Shown in pieces: positions 1 through 9,000 of a stretch of DNA of 32,000 nucleotides (its first letter is position 1; every line of letters starts with the position of its first letter). Location: positions 60,001 to 92,000 of the forward strand of contig NC_006139.1 of the NCBI RefSeq assembly GCF_000025945.1, in the 5' to 3' direction. Under the pieces are notes generated by a model. The model did not search any database and was not told the DNA's origin. It saw only the letters and a program-made list of their open reading frames with translations. The position numbers and the translations under genes are program-made. The stretch is from Desulfotalea psychrophila LSv54. Lineage in GTDB: Bacteria; Desulfobacterota; Desulfobulbia; Desulfobulbales; Desulfocapsaceae.

Positions 1-3000
1 AAAATTGCCACCGATCAGGGTGTCATCCAGCACCGTGCCATTGGCATCATTGTTGGTAAATTGAACATTGCCGGCATCAAACGAACTGGCATCAATGGTC
101 ATATCTCCATCGATTGCCACCACGCTACCCACAGACTGGCTCAACAAACCACCCACAGTCAGGGTGACGTTAGAAGTGCCAACACCATCAGTAATACCGA
201 CGATTTGAAGCTCACCACTATCGATAGTACCAATCTCGACACCATCGGAATCAACAAAAACCAATGCTGCATCACCAGAGAGTAACGCTGCCAGTGTATC
301 AATATCATTACCTGTGTTAGCCAGTGTGGCGTCATCGGTTGACTTGATCGCTAATTGCGCCGCATTAATCGGTGCGGAACCACCTTGAGTGACTCCTGTC
401 GATTCAATACGCAGGATATTCAAAGCATGATTAGCACCAACGGCGGCAACGAAATTCTGACCTGCCGCGTTGGCTGAAGTTAAGCGCAAGCTGCGCAGAG
501 TTAGGTCGGCATCACTATCAACCGTTGAGGCAAAGCCAATGCTGCCCGCCGTAGTTCCGGTACTCATGCTGACATCCCCGGTCAATTCCACAGCCGAGGT
601 AAAGTTAATGTTAGTACCAACGGTGGTGATGGCACCAGCCAAGTTATTCGGGCCAGCACCATTTTGGGTAAAACCACCAGCGGCGTCAATGTCGCTAGCT
701 GCCGCGGTAGTAAACACACCCGCGTTGGTTGCTTCGACCGTACCACCGCTATTCAGCCTGGCATTAACATTGAACGCCGCGCCGGTGAAATCGAGGTTGC
801 CGCTGAGAGTGGCAATGCCATTTAACGTTGTTGTGCCAGAGCCCGCTTGCTGGGTCAGACTGGCAGCATCAATGGTGTTGGAGAAGGTTACGTTATCTGC
901 ATCGACAATTGTTAGGGCATTAAGGGTATCTGCCCTGCCAACTGCGGCAACAAAGTTCACGCTCTGCCCGGCAGCATCAATCGTCAGATCACGGTTCTGG
1001 CCAACATCGCTATTAACGCTAGCAGCAAAGTTCACAGTGCCACCACTGGTCAGCACAGTATCGGCGCGAAGAACAACGGCATCATTATAGTTTTGAGCAC
1101 CAGTTGTCTCGATACTGCCGCCGTTAATCGTTGTACTCCCACCGGCATTAGTTGTCAGACTGGCTGCCTTTACTGCGCCAGTGAATGTTGTTTCGTTACT
1201 ACTATTAACACCCAACGCACCCAACACCCCATCGACAAGATCGCCAATAGCACCACTGAAGGTCGCCGCGCCGCTACCACTGTTCACTGCCAAGGCGTTG
1301 GTTTCGCTGGCCTGGGAATTTACCGTACTGTTAAATGTTACCGCATTGTCGGTAGCTGTCAGTGTTGTACTATTACCAAGGATCACTGCTCCTGTGTAGG
1401 TTTGTGCATTGGCACTGGTCACGGTATCGGTATGAATCTCGGTAGTGCCAGTCACCGCTAGCGTACTCAGACCAGTCACTTGGTCATCAGTCGAATTGCC
1501 CAGCACGACATTGCCATTAATGTCCAAGCTGTGATTATTGCCGGTTAGCGTATCACCGGTGATCACCGTGGTGGCGGTCAGGGTCGTATCGGCCCCCAAC
1601 ACCAGCTGTTCAAGATAGATTTGCGTCCCGGTCGTTGTTACCGACCCGCCATTGACATGCACCGCTCCCGGCGCATCGGTGTAAACACTCGTTGCCGTTA
1701 CCGCTTTGTCGAAGCGGGTCAAAGCACCACAATTGACGACAATTGCGCCCAGTTGTTCCAGGGCACCCAGTGTGTCTAGAAAGCTAACATCGCCGCTCCC
1801 GGAAGAGATGGTCAAATCATCAGTTTCACCAACAGCCGAATCAACGGTGCGGCTGAAGGTAATATTACCGGCACCGCTGTCGCTATCCATGGCGACGGCA
1901 TCATTCAAGGTAATGGCTGTCACGAAAATAATATCATTGTTGACTGTGGTAATATCGCCGGATAGCTCGTTAACACCCGTCCCGTCCTGGCTGAAACCAC
2001 CGTTGGCGACGATGTCGCCACCCAGCGCAGAGGAGAAGGTTCCAGTATTATGAACTTGAGTGCTAGCGTCAGTCGCGACGCCGGCATTAACAGCCAGGTT
2101 CTGGCCGGTAAAGTCAAGATTGCCGCTGAGAGTCATGACACCATTAACTGTTGTGGTTCCAGATCCTGCTGTTTGGATCAGACTTGCCGCGTCCAGGGTT
2201 GATGTGGTCGTGACGTCGGTCGCTGATACGACCTGAATCACACCAAGTTCCTGAGTAGAACCAACGGCGCCACTCAAGACAATGTTGCCAGTGCCCGCAG
2301 TCAGTGTAAGGTTATTGGTTTCAGTTGCTTCGGAATCAACACTGCCATTAAAGGTAATATCCCCAGCGCCAGCACCGGTATCTATCGACCGGTCTGCCAA
2401 TAAGAGTGTGGGACTATTAAGTATCACGCTGCCACCGGCAGCCTGTGTCGCTCCAGAGCCACCACCACTTGCATCAATATTGCCACCAAGGTCGATACCG
2501 CCAGTACCGGTCAGAGTAATGACTCCACCCTGGCCACCAATGGTGCTATCACTGTTGTGATCGGAACCGATGGCATTAATTTCTGCCGTGGTCAACTTAG
2601 CGTCAGCGGCCAAGGTAATACTACCGGCACTTTCTCCAGAACCGTTACTATCAGAACCGCCATCGGCAACCAGCATGCCGATAGAAACCGCTCCCGTTGA
2701 AGTGATGTTAATGTTGCCACCGGATTCATCGCTACCACCGGTAGTCGACAGAGTAACGGCCATCGAATCAAAGCTGGTTATTTCAGTAGCGGTTATGTCG
2801 CCACCTGCAGTCGTGACATCAGCACCGAGCAGCACCGCACCGGTATGACCGGTGAGGTCGACGTTGCCACCCGAAGTGGTAATCGTTGCCCCACTATTAG
2901 AAGTAAACGCCCTACCTACCGTGCTGAAATCACCGCCGGTTGTTGCCACAGTAGCATCAGTCGCCAAGGTCACATCGCCGCTGCCGGAAAGTGCAATGTT

Positions 3001-6000
3001 GCCGCTATTGGTACTCAAGCCAATGACGCCACCGTCATTGATACCTACGGTAAAATCACCAGCATTTTTAAAGGTGAAGTCAGCATCGGCCCCAGTCAGG
3101 GTTGCGGAGATCTCATCTATGGTGTTGGTCAAATCAAGCAATTCAGAAGTATTGGCCGCGTTAACAATGACACGACCGGTCTTTATTTCGTTATCACCGT
3201 CGGTTTGTGACACAGCACCAGTAGCAGCGGTCAAACGTACCAGAGCATCAGCACCATCGGCACCAGTACCGTCAAGCGCCCCCCCACGTGCTATCAATGC
3301 ACCGCCAATACTGAGCACATCGCCAGCTGCCGTCAGGGTCACATTGCCAGCAACACCACCATCGGTATTAGCTACCGTTGCATCTTGTCCGGAGGTAATA
3401 ATGTCACTAACCGTCAGATTGCCATCTGTGCCCATACCATAAGTGACCAGAGTCAAGCTACCGCCGTTTTCTCCAGCAACGGCACTTTGGGTATCGATGG
3501 GAATGCTACTGGAATCGATACTAGGAGCTAACAAGGCAAAGTTTGCACCGCCCGTGCTAACCCCGACCTGATTAACGGTACCAATAGTCAAGGCTAGAGC
3601 AGTAGAGAAATTAACGTCCCCTGTAGCATTGGAAGCAATGGTGCTGACCTGATTGATTGGTGTGCCAAGTGCTTCATTATTGAGGGTATAGCCCCCGGAG
3701 CCGGAAAGCCCAAGCCCGGCAGCGATAATGGCCCCAGTTTGGGTCACGGCACCATCCGCATCGAAAACGGCTATGTCGGTGGTCTTAACATTAGTGACAC
3801 TGAAACCATCTCTATCGGTAAAGCGGATCTCACCTGCGGCATTGTCGCTGTCAGCGGCATTACGCGTCTGAAAATCGATGGAGTTAACATCGTTAGTCTC
3901 CGTCAGAGTGATATCTCCACCGGCGTCTTTAAGTGTCTTAACCGTCAGCAGATTCGCGGCAATTGTGCCCCGAGCGCCTGTGCTCACAGCATCGCCGGCG
4001 GTCAGAGTTGCATTGCCGCTGGTTTCGATCTGGTCGATAACAACACCGTCGACATCAATATAGCCGATGGTGCCAGAACCCGTTGCGTCATCGGCCAGGT
4101 TGCGGCTACGTAATGAGATGGTATCAACTGCGTTGGCTGTGCCTGCGAGGGTAATACTACCGTCGGCCATCGCTTTGGCGGTCAAGGTCGCTACCTGAAC
4201 AGCGGTACCACCCTGCTGAGTGATATCACCACCGGTGGTCACGTACAGATCGCCACTAGTCGATTGGATATTGGCAACGTTGGCTGCGCCATTTAAAGCG
4301 TTAATCGTAATATCACCAGCTACGGTTGAATAATCAAAATCCAGTCCCTGAGTATAATTACCGGTACGGGCATCAACCGTGATGGTTCCTGCATTACCCG
4401 TTTGCAGCGAATAGCCGCCTCCACTGACATGAGCGACGGTGGCGCCATCAATGGTAATATCACCACTGGTTGAGGCAATACTGTTTGATAAGGTTAAGAT
4501 CGCCGAGGAATACAGATCAACATTTCCAGAACCAGTGGTTAAAGCGCCGGGTGTCGAAAGGTTGCCACCTAACGAGCGGAAATCAATACTGCCCTCATCT
4601 GTGGTTATTGCATCACCGGTCAATATGAGTTGTGATCCGGCTATTGCCAGAATCGAGGTATCGTCACCCAGCGTGTCATCAAGCGAGGTCCCATTTGCAT
4701 TGAGTGTCAGATCGTCCGTATCACGAATGGTCACCTGCGCGCCGGCTGCAGTCAGACCAACCTGACCGGTAAAATCATTACTGGAACTACCCAACAGGAT
4801 TGAGCCGGTACCAGCATCAATGCTGGCGGTGCTGGCCTTAATCGCACTGTCAGAAACGCCCGTGTCTACGGTGAAGTCCTGAGTTATACCAACTCCAACC
4901 AGGGTTAGCCCATGGCCATTGGCATCCAGATCGAATGTGGCGAAATCAAGCACGCCATCACTGGTTTCAATGCGGGTTGTTCCACCGGCAGCAACATCGC
5001 CGACACAGGTTAAACCTGCAGCGGCGAGAGTTCCACCTTGATCAAGCAAGGTTAAATCGCCAGTGGTTATCAGTGCACCCAGCTCATCGAGGTTGAGAGT
5101 TTCATCCAAAGCGAGGATGCCGACATCACCAACCAGAGTTTTGGCTGAGATCACACCACCATCGTCCTGAGAAACTATACCAGTAATGTCATTTGCTCCA
5201 GCAGTGCCTAACACCAAAGTGCCAGAACTAACTCCAACTTCATGTAAGGTAACATCTGTAGCATTCAAAAGTTGAACAGCAGTTGCTCTCGCATTATTTG
5301 TATAGAGCTTACCCTCTAACGTAATTGCAGCATCTCCACCAGCAAGAGTGATGGTTCCGGCATCATCAGAAGATATAGATTGATATGCAGAATTAACTTC
5401 ACCGGTTGCCGCTTGATGAATCTCTTCACCGCTTAGATATAGATCGCCAAGCGAACGTACCTGTTTATCGGAAAGTTCAAGCCTTTCAACTTCTCCACCC
5501 TCCACCTTGGCCGTAACAATTTGCAAACCGCCAGCACTCGTAACATTTCCAGTTAGAGTTAAGCCGCCGATGGAATCGTATAGATCGAAATCGTACTGCT
5601 TGCCGCCAACATCGCCGACGGAAACAGCGCCTAACGAACCTACTTTGTTACCGACATTGGTCAACACCACCGAGCTTTCAGCGGTAACAACCAAGATGTC
5701 CGTATCGATACTGGTACCGGCGTTCTGCGTCACCACACCGGTAATCTGGTGGGTGACATCACTGCCGCCTAAGGTTAGGATGCCACCGGCGACATCGATC
5801 TCTGGCAGTGTCAGGTTGGTGGTGCCACGAATAGTAATGGCATTTGCGCTGGTATTATAGGTTTGCAGGGTACCGGCAAGATTGATGGCTCCGGCGAAGG
5901 CACCATCATGGCCTTGTAGCAGGATCGTACCGCCCTGACCGTCGTTGCCATTGACACTAATTGAACCACTGGTTTGCTTGATGCCGCGCCCCTTAAGACT

Positions 6001-9000
6001 AATATTTGCGCCACCATTGATTGAGGACCCTGCAGTAACTGCATGGGTAGCCAGAACCAACCTACCGCCCGCTGTCGCAATTTCGATATCGCCATAAGGG
6101 TTGGTGATCGCTCCTGTCAAGGTTAAGCCACCGGAGACATCGTTGAGTTTAAAGTAAGGCGAAACACTAACGGCATCCTCAAGGTAAAAAGGACCAAGTT
6201 CTGCGATCTCGTTATCCGTATCCAGCTTCACATAGCCTCGGGCGGAGGGTGAGCCGGCACCTATTGTGGTAGTACCGCTGCTATTGATCCCGTAAAGCGC
6301 GCCGCTGGTGGTAATTACGCCACCTGATTGATTAATCGTGTAGCCAGAATGGATCGCAACTCCATCATCCCCAGCGCTAATATTCCCACCGAGGACAATC
6401 CCACGATGATAACCATTATCAGCAGCATTAATGGCACGCAGTTCTACGCCACCGGTCGTTTCTATTGATGATCCACCGCTAACATTTATGTTTTCTGCCG
6501 TTACAATTGAAACACCGCCACTGCCGGCAGTGACAGAATCAAAAACATTAATTGATGCCAGACCGTTTGCAACCAAAGACACCGCACCTGTGCCGAGCGT
6601 ATTTGCCGCGATGCTAGCGCTGCTATTCACAGTGATATCATCGTTTGTACCGGTTGTTCTTAAAAGAATATCTCCATTAGTCGAGAGCAGATCACCAATA
6701 ACCGTTAAGGCAAAAGCATTATTTGATAAAGTAAAACCGTCGATGGCACTAAAGTCGCTGACATTATCTACATAATTGGTCTGTGCCAACAGAGCCGAAC
6801 CGTTAACCACACCACTAATGGTGTCGGCGGCAATATTACCGGTGGCCTGTGTTACATTACCGGTAATAACGTTACCGCTGGTACCCAGAACAAGTTCGCC
6901 AATCTGCCCACTCGGAAATTCAGTTCGACTAACTCGCCCCAGACTGACGTCAGAAGCATTTTCAATAATGACCTTGTCATCGGTCAGTGCATAAAGAGCA
7001 CCCGATAGAGCAATCCTGCTGCCACCTGCATCGATGGTAAGATTACCAGTGTTTCGCTCAGCATAGACACCGCCACCCGAACTGGTCAGGGCATTCTCAG
7101 TATCAGCCAAATCGCTGCCACCGTTTAAGTCAACTGCCGAGCCATAGATCAAGTATCCACCCAAGTTTAACAAACCAGGCGTTGTGATCGTGACGGCACT
7201 ATCCAATGTACCGCCATCCATATGCCCCATTAGGGTCAAGCCATTCTTTTCGGTGTCGGCATCCAGAATGTTAATCGCGCCACCGCGGGAGATTGTTCCC
7301 AGTTCTTTAATTTCATTACCAGTATTCGTCAGAGTAACTGCGCCACTTTCCTGATGAATAGACAACCGACCAACCTTAATCTCTGAATCGGCAGTCTGGT
7401 TAACGGTGCCATAGATTCTTGTGTATCCGAGATTAACTCCGGAAGCGGCACCCTCACCTGTCGTGTCGCGATCGATATTCGTACCCAAGCGTAAGCCGCC
7501 ACGATTGCCAACGGTTCCAGCCGTGATATTTGCAATGATAAGGTTGCCCGTGTCATCAATAACTACGGCATCTGTCGCAGTTGAACCTGCAATAAGATCA
7601 CCACCCAAAGTCACAGCTTGAACTGTTCCGTCACTGTAGTCACTGCCCAAAATAAGAATCTGATCAGCAGCAGTGATGGTCGAGCCAACTAATTGAGTAA
7701 CTCCGCGTCCCTGCAACAGTACGTCACCGCTGGTGGCAGTAATATTGGTAGTAACAAGCGATAGGATACCATCAGTACCGCCAGTGTTCAGACCCGTGCG
7801 AATGGTTACCGCCGTCGCCTCCACATCACCGGTGAGTTGCAGTCCGTTAGTGCGCCCTTTAGCCTGCACAGTTAATGAGCCACCCAAATTAAAATCGCCG
7901 AGGTTATCAATAATGTTATTGGTATCAGTGATACTTAGATTACTCGCGGCATTGACTTCGAGTGTTTTGATGTTGATTTTATCAGTGATTAAACTGAGAT
8001 CTTGTTGAATTACGCTACCAGTAACATCGGCGATTTCAGAGCCGACCGCTCCAACCATTTCACCAATGCGTAAAGTTCCATTTATTGCCGTCACACGGCT
8101 GATATTAACTACTGAAGCATCATGGATAAGAACGGCTGGTGGTTCCTCTGCATCGGTAGCTGTCGAGATTAATGTGCCGTCAAGATCAATGATTCCGCCA
8201 CCGCCATCAATACAAATTTTGCCACTACCGGCATCAATATCATTATCAGTATCGGTCTGGCTGACCCCAATACCGGCAATAGCAATATCGCCACCAGTAG
8301 AAGTTAGGTCCGCTCCATTACCTGAAATCGTTACCACACCAGCTGAGGAGGTTAAGGTGATCGCACCACCAGCAGTGGTTATGTCGGAATCATCAGCAAC
8401 CAACAACACCCCAGACTGGCCGTCAATGGTTACTGCGCCCGCATTCGTAGTAATCGCACCGTTTTGGGTGACCGTGTTGGTCGTCGATTGTAACGTTACA
8501 TCGGCACCGAAGACGGTACTCGTAATGGCACCATGGGGTGTAACCACAGCCCCCTTGGTATAGATATCTACTCCAGCGGCACCGTCCACATTAATCGTTG
8601 AATTCGTATAGTTTGTATTATACGTTATCGCTCCTTCACCCAACACGCGGGTTCCAACGTCATCTGCATAGGTTAAACTTGAAGCATAAACATAAGAAGG
8701 CAAGCGAAGGTTATTCACGCCATCGATACGGACGGCACCAATTCTATTGGCTGAGCTCCCTAGGTTATACTCAAAATAAATATCACCAAAAACTCCACCC
8801 GCACCTGCAGTATCGCCGTGTTCTATGATCAGATGATGAGCACCAGATTCACCAACTGCGCTCCGCACTTGATAGCCCATGGTGACATTGCCTAAACCAT
8901 GGGTAATCTTTACCGAGTCGTCAAGCACCACACTCGAAGATGCATCCAAATCAACGGAACCGTTTGCTGCACTGGTATCCAACACCACTTCGCTGTCATT

